From NCBI GenBank assembly GCA_944390445.1, contig CALXQB010000002.1, positions 1-39,849 on the forward strand: a stretch of 39,849 bases of DNA. The letters run 5' to 3'. Both the position numbers and the translations under genes were made by a program. Of the stretch, positions 25,982-35,714 are shown in pieces. The DNA is from an uncultured Clostridia bacterium. GTDB lineage: Bacteria > Bacillota > Clostridia > TANB77 > CAG-508. The notes below the pieces were generated by a model, which did not search any database, was not told where the DNA came from, and saw nothing but the letters and a program-made list of their open reading frames with translations. Every line of letters begins with the position of its first letter. The first letter of the stretch is position 1.

Positions 25982-27043
25982 ATGGAGAGAAATTTAAGCA
26001 TAGAAGAAAAAATAGGGCAAATGTTAATGATAGGTATTTATGGCTATGATGTGGATGAGTACACATTAAAATTTATAAAAAAATACAAAGTAGGAGGAAT
26101 TATTCTTTTTAAAAGAAATATTAATGACATCAAACAAATGCAAGAATTAATACAAAAACTAAAACAAGTAAATCGTGAAAATGGAAATATTCCTCTTTTT
26201 ATTAGTATCGATCAAGAAGGGGGAAGAGTAAATCGTCTGCCAAAAGAAATTAATCGATTTCAGTTAGGAAGCAAAATAGGAGAAAAAAATGATGAAACTT
26301 ATGCTTATGAGCAGGGACATAAAGTAGGAAAAGCCTTAAAAAGTTTGGGTGTGAACATGAATTTAGCACCAGTTTTGGATTTAAGAACTTCTGAAGATGA
26401 TTTTCATTTTATTGGAGATAGAGCTATTAGCAAAGACAAAAATGTAGTGTCTAAGTTAGGAGTACAGTTAATAAAAGGAATGCAAGACAGTGGAGTTATT
26501 TCTATTGCGAAACATTTCCCAGGACATGGAATGAGTAAAAAAGATAGTCATTTTAGAATTCCGAGAATAGATGTAAAAAAGGAAAATATGATAAAACATA
26601 TAAAACCATTTAAAAATGCAATGAAAGAAGGGGTAGATGGAATTTTATCTTCTCACATGGTAATTAATTATATAGATTATTATAAACCGATTACGATTTC
26701 TAAAAAGGCAATTCAACATCTAGTAAGGAAGAAAATGAAATATGAAGGAATTGTTATGACAGATGACTTAATGATGAGATCGCTTATATTCTATAATGTA
26801 TTTGGAATTCCAATGCAAGAAGCTATACAAGCAGGAAATGACATATTATTACTCTGCAAAAATAACAGAAAAAAAGAAAGAGAAATACAAAAATTATTAC
26901 GAGAAGCAAAACAAGGAAAAATAGATGAAAAATTAATTGATAAAAGTGTAGAAAGAATTTTAAAACTAAAAGAAAAATATCAGATACAAGATGAACCAAC
27001 TGAAATGATGACAGTAGAACAAATCAATGAAATATTAAAATAA
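25982..27043 (+). CDS. nagZ: Beta-N-acetylhexosaminidase, GH3 family (NagZ-like)
   Basis: Motifs present are EKIGQMLMIG, SIDQEGGRVNRL, KHFPGHG and VMTDDL. Confidence 0.9.
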   Translation: MERNLSIEEKIGQMLMIGIYGYDVDEYTLKFIKKYKVGGIILFKRNINDIKQMQELIQKLKQVNRENGNIPLFISIDQEGGRVNRLPKEINRFQLGSKIGEKNDETYAYEQGHKVGKALKSLGVNMNLAPVLDLRTSEDDFHFIGDRAISKDKNVVSKLGVQLIKGMQDSGVISIAKHFPGHGMSKKDSHFRIPRIDVKKENMIKHIKPFKNAMKEGVDGILSSHMVINYIDYYKPITISKKAIQHLVRKKMKYEGIVMTDDLMMRSLIFYNVFGIPMQEAIQAGNDILLLCKNNRKKEREIQKLLREAKQGKIDEKLIDKSVERILKLKEKYQIQDEPTEMMTVEQINEILK

Positions 27044-27167
27044 AATGATTACTGTCAAAAACTCCGTCCCCCCTGACAGATACATCTCTAGTGCCAAGAA
27101 TCACACTGCAGGAAATATATTGAATTGATGTTACTCAAAAACAGAAAAACTACAACCAAAAGATAGG

Positions 27168-27196
27168 TTGCAAAATATTTGGTTTTATAGTAAGAT
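27168..27196 (+). promoter_or_regulatory. Putative sigma-A promoter at the head of the glycan locus
   Basis: TTGCAA (27168-27173), a 17-nt spacer, then TAAGAT (27191-27196). It lies 24 nt upstream of the start at 27220. Confidence 0.35.
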
Positions 27197-27219
27197 AAGA
27201 AAAAATAGGAGGGAAGATT

Positions 27220-28179
27220 ATGCCAAAGGTTTCTGTGATTGTACCAGTGTATAATGTAGAACAGTATTTAGCAAAATGTTTGGATTCCTTAGTAGGACAA
27301 ACATTAGATGAAATAGAGATTATCGTGGTCAATGATGGAACAAAAGATCATTCTCAGGAAATAATTGATAAATATCAAAAAGAATATCCTAATAAAATAA
27401 AAAGTTTCATAAAAGAGAATGGAGGATTATCTGATGCCAGAAATTTTGGACTTTCCTATGCAACAGGAGAGTATATTGCTTTTCTAGATTCTGATGATTA
27501 TGTAGATTTAACAATGTATGAAACAATGTACAACAAGGCAAAAAAAGAAAATGCCGATATGGTAGAATGTGATTTTTATTGGGTATATCCTAATAAAACA
27601 AAAGAAGATGTGGGAAGCATTTATCATAATAAAAAAGAAATGTTAGTACAAGCTAGAGTGGTAGCATGGAATAAATTAATTAAAAGAGAAATTTTGGAAA
27701 GAACAAAGATTAGATTTCCCAAAGGTTATCGTTATGAAGATGTAGAATTCTTTTATAAATTACTCCCATCCTTAGAAAAAGTTGCTTTTGTAAAAAAGCC
27801 ATTTATTTATTATATTCAAAGAGAAAATTCTATTTCCAATTCTCAAAATGAAAGAACAAAAGAGATAATAGATATCTTAGAACATGTAATAATCTATTAC
27901 AAAGAAAAAGGACTATATGAAGAATATAAAGTAGAATTGGAATATGTTTATACTCGTTATTTATTATGTAGTTCTTTTTTAAGAATGGTAAAAGTAAGAG
28001 ATAAAAAAATAAGGAAAGAATTATTGAATCATACTTGGAATTCCTTAAATAAAACTTTTCCAAATTGGAGAAAAAATGAAATTTTAAGAAAAGAGAAAAG
28101 TGCAAAAAATAGGTATATGAGGACAGTGAACCGTATGACATTTCCAATCTACGCTTTTTTGTTTCAATTTAAGGGGTGA
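27220..28179 (+). CDS. Family 2 glycosyltransferase
   Basis: Motifs present are VSVIVPVYNVEQYL, IIVVNDGTKD, GGLSDARN and FLDSDDY. It is a paralogue of 33892-34824. Confidence 0.9.
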   Translation: MPKVSVIVPVYNVEQYLAKCLDSLVGQTLDEIEIIVVNDGTKDHSQEIIDKYQKEYPNKIKSFIKENGGLSDARNFGLSYATGEYIAFLDSDDYVDLTMYETMYNKAKKENADMVECDFYWVYPNKTKEDVGSIYHNKKEMLVQARVVAWNKLIKREILERTKIRFPKGYRYEDVEFFYKLLPSLEKVAFVKKPFIYYIQRENSISNSQNERTKEIIDILEHVIIYYKEKGLYEEYKVELEYVYTRYLLCSSFLRMVKVRDKKIRKELLNHTWNSLNKTFPNWRKNEILRKEKSAKNRYMRTVNRMTFPIYAFLFQFKG

Positions 28180-28183
28180 TGAA

Positions 28184-29089
28184 ATGAAACTATCCATTAT
28201 AACGCCTACTTATAATCGTGCAGAATTATTAAAGAATTTATATGGGAGTATTCAAAAAAATATCATAGGAAATGATGAAATTGAATGGATCATTATAGAT
28301 GATGGCTCAACAGACCATACCAAAGAGGTAGTACAAGCTTTTGCCTCTTCGTTCCCAATTATTTATCAATATCAAGAAAACAAAGGGAAAATGGCGGCAT
28401 TAAATTATGGTATGCAATTTGTAACAGGAGATTTATTATTAGAATGTGATTCAGACGATATTCTAACAGATAATGCCATTTCCATTATCAAAAATGCATT
28501 TGAAGAGAGCAAAGAAGAAAAGGACATATATGCATTATGTTTTTTAAAATTTGATCAAGACTTAAAAAATATAGGAGAAAAATTTCAAAAAACAAAAACA
28601 ACCATGTTTGACTTATACTTTAAAGAAGGAGAAGATGGAGAAAAGGCTTTAGTCTATTTTACAGACATTAGAAAAAAATATTATTACAAAATAGAACATA
28701 AAGAAAAATTTTCTACAGAAGCAAGACTACATCATGAAATGGACTTAAATTATAAAATAAAATGTTTTAATGAAGCGATTATGCTATGTGAATATAGAAA
28801 AGATGGCTATACAAAAAATATTTTGAAGGTTTTTCAAGAAAATCCTTATGGATATTATGAGTATTTTAAAGAAATATTAAAATTACATGATATGAAAGGC
28901 ACATCTTTTAAGAAAAGACTATATGTCATAAAACATATGATTTTGTTTAGTTGTTTAACGAAACAAAAAATACCTTTAAGAGAGTCAAAAGAGGGAGTAA
29001 ATAGAATATTACTAGTCATATTGTACATCCCTGGAATGATAAGAACAAAGCTAAAGTTTAAAGATAGGAGAAAGAATGAAAACCACTAA
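28184..29089 (+). CDS. Family 2 glycosyltransferase
   Basis: Motifs present are LSIITPTYNRAELL, IIIDDGSTD and ECDSDD. Confidence 0.85.
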   Translation: MKLSIITPTYNRAELLKNLYGSIQKNIIGNDEIEWIIIDDGSTDHTKEVVQAFASSFPIIYQYQENKGKMAALNYGMQFVTGDLLLECDSDDILTDNAISIIKNAFEESKEEKDIYALCFLKFDQDLKNIGEKFQKTKTTMFDLYFKEGEDGEKALVYFTDIRKKYYYKIEHKEKFSTEARLHHEMDLNYKIKCFNEAIMLCEYRKDGYTKNILKVFQENPYGYYEYFKEILKLHDMKGTSFKKRLYVIKHMILFSCLTKQKIPLRESKEGVNRILLVILYIPGMIRTKLKFKDRRKNENH

Positions 29090-30485
29090 ATTAGAAAAAT
29101 TGTTATTTATTTTTATAGCGATATTACCAATTTTAGATATTTTTAGTTTTACTTTTCGAAATGTATTTCAAACTAGTATATCTCCTTCTACTTTTGTGAG
29201 ACCAATTGTACCAATCATAGCTATTTTAATTATATTTTTTAAAAATAAATTTAAATTAAAAACCTTATTAGTATGTGGCATTTATGGTGTTTATGGATTA
29301 ACACATTTGATTTTATATGATCTTCAAATGTCTGGAAGTTCCTATGGTACAGTTATCGGAGAATTCCAATATATTGTGAATTATAGTTTTATGATTTTAA
29401 ACTTGTTCCTTTATCTTTACATATTTAAAACATCTGAAAAAGCAAATGAATTAAAAAAATATGTGTGGATTGCTAGTATCATTTATATTGTCTCTATTTA
29501 TATTGCTATTTTTACAGGAACTTCTTCTTCTACCTATATAGAAGGAATAGGAAAAAAAGGTTGGTTTGAATCTGGAAATAGTATTTGCACAATTTTAATT
29601 TTAAGTTTATGTATTCTTCTTCCTATGTTAAAAGATAAGACCTTAACTTGGAAATTTTCAAGGAAAAAAATAATAACTGGAATGGTAATAACGATTATAG
29701 GAATAGGAATATTTCTAACAACAATTGTAGGAACAAGAACAGGTTTATTAGGATTTGTACTAGTTATTGTATTTTATTTATTATGTGAAGCCTTCTTTTA
29801 CTTAAAGAAAAAAATTTCTCCCCAAATATTAATGGCGGGCTCATGTGCCTTACTAATTGTTATCATTGTGGGAGGATTATTTGCTTCTAATGTATTATTA
29901 CAAAGAAGAAAACATTTAGAAAATCAAGACTCTAGTATTATCGATAGCTCTACAGGTAAGCCTTCTCATGTAACAGGAGATATTTTAAAATTAAAAGAAC
30001 AGATAGAAGCGGGAGAACTAGATGAAGATTATATGCCAAAACCAAATCAAAATGCTATTTTAGCTTTATATGAATATGCCAATCAGGAAGAATTACCACT
30101 AACAGAAAGAAGAATACAACAATTGGTATATCATATAAACTTAATCAAAGAACAAAAAAATTTAGGATTGCTGTTGTTTGGAAATGGTTTTTTAGCAAAT
30201 TATCCAGAATTAACATTAGAGATGGAGATACCAGCTTTTCTATTTAACTTTGGAATAGTAGGTTTTATATTATATTTTGGACCTTTTTTATGTTTATTTA
30301 TTTTTTCCTTAAAAGAGGGAATAAAGCATAAGGAAAAGGTGGACACAGAATATATGATGTTATTACTGGGCTGCCTTTTAAGTTTTGCATTATCTTTTTT
30401 AGCAGGTTATACTTTCTTTAATTCTTCTTCTATGATAATGATTATTGTGTTAAATACATTATTGTATCGAAAAACAACAAAGTGA
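29076..30485 (+). CDS. Polytopic membrane protein, O-antigen ligase/polymerase (Wzy_C)-like
   Basis: It has about 10-12 TM segments and one large hydrophilic loop (residues about 270-350). It sits inside a glycosyltransferase cluster. The start overlaps the upstream gene and RBS aggag is present. Confidence 0.6.
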   Translation: MKTTKLEKLLFIFIAILPILDIFSFTFRNVFQTSISPSTFVRPIVPIIAILIIFFKNKFKLKTLLVCGIYGVYGLTHLILYDLQMSGSSYGTVIGEFQYIVNYSFMILNLFLYLYIFKTSEKANELKKYVWIASIIYIVSIYIAIFTGTSSSTYIEGIGKKGWFESGNSICTILILSLCILLPMLKDKTLTWKFSRKKIITGMVITIIGIGIFLTTIVGTRTGLLGFVLVIVFYLLCEAFFYLKKKISPQILMAGSCALLIVIIVGGLFASNVLLQRRKHLENQDSSIIDSSTGKPSHVTGDILKLKEQIEAGELDEDYMPKPNQNAILALYEYANQEELPLTERRIQQLVYHINLIKEQKNLGLLLFGNGFLANYPELTLEMEIPAFLFNFGIVGFILYFGPFLCLFIFSLKEGIKHKEKVDTEYMMLLLGCLLSFALSFLAGYTFFNSSSMIMIIVLNTLLYRKTTK

Positions 30486-31597
30486 AAGGAGTGAGTTTTA
30501 CGAAAAAAAAGATATTATTTGGAATTACTAGTTGTACTTTTGGAGGAGCGGAAAGAGTATTAATTGATTTATGCAATCAATTATGTGAAGAATATGATAT
30601 TACGATTTTTACAATTTATGCTAAAGGAGAAATGGAACCAGAAATCGACCCGAGAATTACTTTAAAAAGTTTATATCCTTTTTGTTATGCAGAAATGCCA
30701 AAATGGAAAAAAATATTTCTTCCTATCTCTTTGTTCTTACGAAAAAACAGTATTTATCATAAAAAAATAAAAGGAGATTTTGAGACAGAAATTGCTTTCT
30801 TAGAGGGACCGATTACCAATTTATTTAGTGTAAGAAATCTTAAAACAAAAAAAATTGCATGGATACATAATGATATAAGTCAAGTGTTTGGAAAAGGTTT
30901 GAAAGCAAAAATAAAACAATTTCTTAATCGTAAAATCTATCAAAAATACCAAGAACTTATATTTGTAAGCCAAGATAACCTAGAAAAATTTGAAGAAATG
31001 TATGCGATTTCTACGCAAAAACAAGTGATTTATAATTATATTGATTCAGAAAAAGTAATAGAAAAATCAAAACAAATATCAAAGTATTTAGAAAAAGATT
31101 GCCCGATATTGGTATCTGTTTGTAGATTAGTAGAACAAAAAGCAATAGGAAGATTAATTGAGGTACATAGCCAATTAATAAAAGAAGGGAAAAAACATAA
31201 GATTTATGTAGTAGGAGATGGACCATTAAAACAAGAATTGCAAGAACAAATTAAACAAGAAAAAGTAGAAAATACTTTTATTTTACTAGGAAAGCAAGCA
31301 AATCCATACCCTTATGTAAAACAAGCAGATGCCTTTTGCCTTTTTTCCTATTATGAAGGATATCCAATGGTAGTAGAAGAGGCAAAAATATTAAATCAAT
31401 TTATTTGTGTAACAGATACAGCAGTAAGAGAAGTATTACGAGATTATAACCGAAAAATGATTGTAGAAAATACAGAGGACGGTATCAAAGAAGGAATCAA
31501 ACAGTTTGTAGAGAATAAAGAAAAATATATAGAACAAGACATAGAATTTCATTATTCTAATGAAGAAATTTTAGAAAGAATCAAGAGAATATTTTAA
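30482..31597 (+). CDS. Family 4 (GT-B) glycosyltransferase
   Basis: It carries GGAERVLIDL at the N-terminus and the EX7E-type region YEGYPMVVEEA. The start codon is uncertain (the GTG at 30482 has no clear RBS). Confidence 0.8.
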   Translation: MKGVSFTKKKILFGITSCTFGGAERVLIDLCNQLCEEYDITIFTIYAKGEMEPEIDPRITLKSLYPFCYAEMPKWKKIFLPISLFLRKNSIYHKKIKGDFETEIAFLEGPITNLFSVRNLKTKKIAWIHNDISQVFGKGLKAKIKQFLNRKIYQKYQELIFVSQDNLEKFEEMYAISTQKQVIYNYIDSEKVIEKSKQISKYLEKDCPILVSVCRLVEQKAIGRLIEVHSQLIKEGKKHKIYVVGDGPLKQELQEQIKQEKVENTFILLGKQANPYPYVKQADAFCLFSYYEGYPMVVEEAKILNQFICVTDTAVREVLRDYNRKMIVENTEDGIKEGIKQFVENKEKYIEQDIEFHYSNEEILERIKRIF

Positions 31598-31657
31598 ATA
31601 ATGAGTAGAGTTCTTGAAATTAAAAATTCAAAAGGACTCTGCTATTATTAACGAGAT

Positions 31658-31686
31658 TTGCAATGAAAATAGAAAAATGGTATAAT
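31658..31686 (+). promoter_or_regulatory. Strong sigma-A-type promoter (extended -10)
   Basis: TTGCAA (31658-31663), a 17-nt spacer ending in TGg, then TATAAT (31681-31686). It lies 50 nt upstream of the ATG at 31736. Confidence 0.55.
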
Positions 31687-31735
31687 AAAAGTAACTTTTT
31701 ATGAAAACAAACAAGAGACAAAGGGGGAATAAAAT

Positions 31736-32425
31736 ATGGAAAAAAAGGAAAATAAAATAGGAAAGAAAGTTGGAATCATTTTATTAATCTTTTTCATTGT
31801 TCTTTTGATATTATTTTTTACAAAAATTCTTATTATGTATGGCTTGGAAAGTAGGGTAAATCATTATGCAGAGAGTAGTAATTATCATATAAAAACGGTT
31901 ACGTATTTAGGAGATAATATAACAATTGCAGAAACTTATAAAAAAGGAGAAGAAAGTTTATCTCTTATGAGACAAATAGCAGAAGACGATATACGTAAGA
32001 TAACCACATATAGTAATGGAAATTCAGCCAATATTTATTTTGATACAAATGAAGATAAAGTAGCAATTCTAAATACGACTGAAATACCAATGACAAGTAA
32101 AATTCAAAATTATTTACATACAGAGAATTTAGGACAATTCTTACTCTCAGTTTTAAGAAATTCCATTAGAATAGAAGAATGCAACGGAAAGGAATGCTAC
32201 AAAATAGAAGGATATTTTGATAATTTGCTCATTTCAGGGGATAATGCGAAAACAATCATATATCTTGAAAAATCTACAGGACTTCCTGTTAGAGTATTAA
32301 CAGGTACTGAAAAAACAGAAGAAGGAGAAGTTAGTACTTTTACTGATTATTGGTACGAATTTGATCAAGTGACAGCATCAGATTTAAAAGAACCAGATAT
32401 TTATTTATATAGAGTAGAAGAATAA
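31736..32425 (+). CDS. N-terminally membrane-anchored protein of unknown function
   Basis: RBS aaggggg is present. There is a single TM helix (VGIILLIFFIVLLILFF) and then a soluble domain of about 190 aa. I recognise no motif. Confidence 0.5.
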   Translation: MEKKENKIGKKVGIILLIFFIVLLILFFTKILIMYGLESRVNHYAESSNYHIKTVTYLGDNITIAETYKKGEESLSLMRQIAEDDIRKITTYSNGNSANIYFDTNEDKVAILNTTEIPMTSKIQNYLHTENLGQFLLSVLRNSIRIEECNGKECYKIEGYFDNLLISGDNAKTIIYLEKSTGLPVRVLTGTEKTEEGEVSTFTDYWYEFDQVTASDLKEPDIYLYRVEE

Positions 32426-32430
32426 AAGAA

Positions 32431-32685
32431 CAGACAGAGGGAAGGAGCTTTTGTCTTAATCTTTTTTGAAAGAAGGTTAAGACAAAAGCTCCTTCCCTCT
32501 GTCTACCTCTGCTTAGAAGGTCAACCATATATACCTATATTTTATCCGCAAAACTCTCAAGGTTCAAGGAGTAATCCGGCAGCGGTAGGCTGTTTGAGCT
32601 TTTGCTCTAAAATATAGGTATATATGGTTGATTCAAAAATAAGAAATTTTTCCTTAACTTAATGACATTGCCGTCCTTCTGTCTG
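32431..32685 (+). repeat. Nested-palindrome structured element, copy 2 (with a different left module)
   Basis: A perfect 28-bp hairpin spans 32431-32504 (cagacagagggaaggagcttttgtcttaa...). The 111-nt core at 32521-32631 has identical 23-nt arms. The right outer arm, ttaacttaatgacattgccgtccttctgtctg (32654-32685), is homologous to 8483-8506. Confidence 0.85.
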
Positions 32686-32711
32686 TACTCTTATTCTTGC
32701 AATAAAAAGTA

Positions 32712-32740
32712 TTGCAAAGATAAAAAAATAATGGTATAAA
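32712..32740 (+). promoter_or_regulatory. Sigma-A-type promoter (extended -10)
   Basis: TTGCAA (32712-32717), a 17-nt spacer ending in TGg, then TATAAA (32735-32740). This is the same architecture as 31658-31686. Confidence 0.5.
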
Positions 32741-32789
32741 TATAATAATTATTACGAAATTTATTTAAGAAAATGGAAAGGACTAGAGT

Positions 32790-33881
32790 ATGAAAAAACT
32801 ATTATTTTCTGCTTATAGTTTAGAAATAGGTGGAATTGAAACAGCATTAGTTACATTACTAAATACACTAGTAAATCAATATAAAATTACTTTGGTACTA
32901 GAAAAAAAACAAGGAGATTTTTTAAATGACATTGACAAAAGGGTAGAAATCATAACATATACTCCTAGTACTAACAAAAATCCGGTTATGAGAAAAATCT
33001 TGAATGTATGTAAGAGAATATCGTTTTCTTTAAAATATAAAAATAAATATGATTTTGCGGTGTCTTTTGCTACCTATTCAAGACCAGGGTCTTTTGTGGC
33101 AAGAACGGCTGCAAAAAATAATGCCCTTTGGGTACATTCTGATTATTTAGCAACATACCAAGGAAATATAGAAGAAGCAAAACGTTTTTTTCAGTCTGTA
33201 AATTATAATAAATTTAAAACAATTGTATGTATTTCAGAAAGGGCGAAACAATCTTTTCTAACAATTTTTCCAGAGATAAAAAAGGAAGGTTTTATACAAG
33301 TAATTGCTATCAATAATATGATTGATGCTGGTAGCATTGAAGAAAAAGCCAAAGAGGGAATTCCATTAAAAAAACAAGAGGGAACTACTTTTTTGCATGT
33401 GGGAAGACATGATGAGTTCTCAAAAAAGATTACAAGATTGATCGAAGCAGCTAAAATGCTAAAAGAAGATGGAGAAAAATTTAAAATTTTGCTAATAGGG
33501 GAAGGACCAAATACAAGGGAATATCAAGAGTTAGTAAAAAAATATGGATTAGAATACAATATCATATTTTGCGGGATGCAAAAAAATCCATATCCCTATT
33601 TTAACATTTCAGATGCTTTAATTCTTACTTCAGAATTTGAAGGTTTTCCCGTTGTTTTTAATGAAGCAAGAGTGTTAAATCTTCCTATTATTACAACAGA
33701 TGTATCAGACAGTAAAAAAGATATCGAAGGGAAATATGGAATTGTGGTAGAAAAAGACCCACATAGTATCTATATGGCTATGAAACAATTTATCGAAAGT
33801 GGATATCAAATACAAAAAAAATTTGATGTACAAGAGTTTAACAAAAATATTGAAAACCAAATTGAAAGATTAATTAACTAA
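32790..33881 (+). CDS. Family 4 (GT-B) glycosyltransferase
   Basis: It carries GGIETALVTLLN at the N-terminus and SEFEGFPVVFNEA. It is a paralogue of 30482-31597 (shared block NPYPY...). Confidence 0.85.
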   Translation: MKKLLFSAYSLEIGGIETALVTLLNTLVNQYKITLVLEKKQGDFLNDIDKRVEIITYTPSTNKNPVMRKILNVCKRISFSLKYKNKYDFAVSFATYSRPGSFVARTAAKNNALWVHSDYLATYQGNIEEAKRFFQSVNYNKFKTIVCISERAKQSFLTIFPEIKKEGFIQVIAINNMIDAGSIEEKAKEGIPLKKQEGTTFLHVGRHDEFSKKITRLIEAAKMLKEDGEKFKILLIGEGPNTREYQELVKKYGLEYNIIFCGMQKNPYPYFNISDALILTSEFEGFPVVFNEARVLNLPIITTDVSDSKKDIEGKYGIVVEKDPHSIYMAMKQFIESGYQIQKKFDVQEFNKNIENQIERLIN

Positions 33882-33891
33882 GGGGGAAATT

Positions 33892-34824
33892 ATGCCTAAA
33901 ATTTCTGTGATTGTACCTGTATATAATACAGAAAAATATATAGAAAAGTGTTTAGATAGTATTGTAAACCAAACTTTTCAAGATATTGAAATTATTGTAG
34001 TAAATGATGGGTCTACAGATCATGCAGAAGAGAAAATCTTAAAATATCCAAGCATCAAGTACTACAAAAAAGAAAATGGTGGATTATCAGATGCTAGAAA
34101 TTATGGGGTAAGCAAAGCAACAGGGGAATATATTGCATTTGTGGATTCCGACGATTACCTTGATATCAATTTATTTGCAGAATTAGAACCATATATGAAT
34201 CAAGAAATAGACTTAATTAAATTTCAGTTCCAAAAGGTAGACGAAAATTATCAAAAACTAGAAACAAATAGGGGACAAGCTTTTGATACTGTAACTGGCA
34301 AAGAAGCTTTTGAAAATTTATATTGCAGAGATGAATTTATGGCTGTAGCATGGTTATATTTATATAAGAGGGAATTTTATTTACAAAACCATTTCCAGTT
34401 TGCAAAAGGATTATATCATGAAGATTTTGGGTTAATTCCTATTATACTGTTAAAAGCAAGATCGGTGATATCTACAGATATTGCTGGCTATTACTATTTT
34501 CAAAATAATAATAGTATTACAAGAAATAAAGATTATGCGAAAACAGTAAAAAAAGCGAATGATTTATTAGTACATTATGATAATATGCTACCACAGATAA
34601 AGGATTTAGATGAAGATAGTAAAGAGAAAATAAAAATTTATTTTACCAACAACATTTTGTTACGTGCAAAAGAATTAAACAGAAAAGAACAGGACGATTA
34701 TATAAAAGAAATTAAGAAAAGGAAGTTAATTCATAATCTAAAAATTAGCAATATAAAACAGTTTATTAAAATCTTAATGTTAAAAATAAATATAAAATTA
34801 TATTTAAAACTAAAGAAGGTTTGA
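33892..34824 (+). CDS. Family 2 glycosyltransferase
   Basis: Motifs present are ISVIVPVYNTEKYI, IIVVNDGSTD, GGLSDARN and FVDSDDY. Confidence 0.9.
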   Translation: MPKISVIVPVYNTEKYIEKCLDSIVNQTFQDIEIIVVNDGSTDHAEEKILKYPSIKYYKKENGGLSDARNYGVSKATGEYIAFVDSDDYLDINLFAELEPYMNQEIDLIKFQFQKVDENYQKLETNRGQAFDTVTGKEAFENLYCRDEFMAVAWLYLYKREFYLQNHFQFAKGLYHEDFGLIPIILLKARSVISTDIAGYYYFQNNNSITRNKDYAKTVKKANDLLVHYDNMLPQIKDLDEDSKEKIKIYFTNNILLRAKELNRKEQDDYIKEIKKRKLIHNLKISNIKQFIKILMLKINIKLYLKLKKV

Positions 34825-34848
34825 CAATAATCGGTTTTATGATATAAT
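34821..34848 (+). promoter_or_regulatory. Near-consensus sigma-A promoter upstream of the ABC exporter genes
   Basis: TTGACA (34821-34826, overlapping the GT2 stop), a 16-nt spacer ending in TGa, then TATAAT (34843-34848). Confidence 0.55.
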
Positions 34849-34889
34849 AAAACCAATTTTAAACAAAGTTCGCGAAAAGGAGAAAGAAA

Positions 34890-35630
34890 ATGTCAACAAA
34901 TAGTGATGTTGCAATAGAAGTAGATCATGTATATAAAACATTTAATGTGTTTTATGATAAGACAAATACCATTAAGGAGAAATTATTGTTTTGGAATCGA
35001 TCCAAAAAAGAAGTAAGAGAAATTTTAAATGATATTAATTTAGAAATAAAAAAAGGAGAAGTGGTAGGATTAATTGGAGTCAATGGAAGTGGGAAATCTA
35101 CACTTCTTAAATTAATGACCAAAATTATATATCCAAACAAAGGGAAAATAGAAACTTATGGGAAATTAACTTCCTTACTAGAACTAGGAGCAGGTTTTCA
35201 CCCTGATTTTTCAGGAAGAGAAAACATTTACTTTAATGCTTCTATTTTTGGACTAACAAGAAAAGAAATTGATAAAAGATTAGATCAAATTATAGAATTT
35301 TCTGAATTAGAGGGATTTATTGACAATCCCGTTAGGACATACTCTTCTGGTATGTATATGAGACTGGCTTTCTCTGTTGCCATTAATGTAGACGCAGAAA
35401 TTCTATTAGTAGATGAAATCTTATCTGTAGGAGACCAACACTTTCAAGAGAAATGTTTCCAAAAAATTGAGCAACTAAAAGAAGAAGGAAAAACTATTGT
35501 CATTGTTACACATTCTATGAATTCCGTTACAAGATTTTGTACAAGAGCAGTTTGGCTACATGAGGGGAGAATAAAAATGGATGGAAATGTAAAAGAAATT
35601 ACAGATACTTATATTAAAGAAACAGCATGA
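34890..35630 (+). CDS. Polysaccharide/teichoic-acid-type ABC exporter, ATP-binding subunit (Wzt/TagH-like, short form)
   Basis: It has Walker A GVNGSGKST, the signature YSSGMYMRLAF and Walker B ILLVDE. There is no C-terminal carbohydrate-binding extension. Confidence 0.9.
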   Translation: MSTNSDVAIEVDHVYKTFNVFYDKTNTIKEKLLFWNRSKKEVREILNDINLEIKKGEVVGLIGVNGSGKSTLLKLMTKIIYPNKGKIETYGKLTSLLELGAGFHPDFSGRENIYFNASIFGLTRKEIDKRLDQIIEFSELEGFIDNPVRTYSSGMYMRLAFSVAINVDAEILLVDEILSVGDQHFQEKCFQKIEQLKEEGKTIVIVTHSMNSVTRFCTRAVWLHEGRIKMDGNVKEITDTYIKETA

Positions 35631-35646
35631 AAGTATAAAGCAATTT

Positions 35647-35701
35647 GTGAAAATTGTAGAGGCGATTTCAACGCCCGCTCTTCGATGAAATTACTAAAAA
35701 A
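35647..35701 (+). repeat. GC-hairpin leader repeat, copy D (between the ABC ATPase and permease genes)
   Basis: The sequence is gtgaaaattgtagaggcgatttcaacgcccgctcttcgatgaaattactaaaaaa. It is a degenerate member of the family with a shorter GGCG/CGCC stem. Confidence 0.7.
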
Positions 35702-35714
35702 GGAGAAAATAAAA

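Noticed and set aside
27045-27120. A relatively GC-rich stretch after nagZ (gattactgtcaaaaactccgtcccccctgacaga) that shares gattactgtca and ccgtcc with the ends of the nested-palindrome element.
   Set aside because: The shared strings are short (11 and 6 nt) and the rest does not align. It may be a solo remnant or just the nagZ terminator-like hairpin (ctgtca/tgacag). The evidence is insufficient to call it a third copy.
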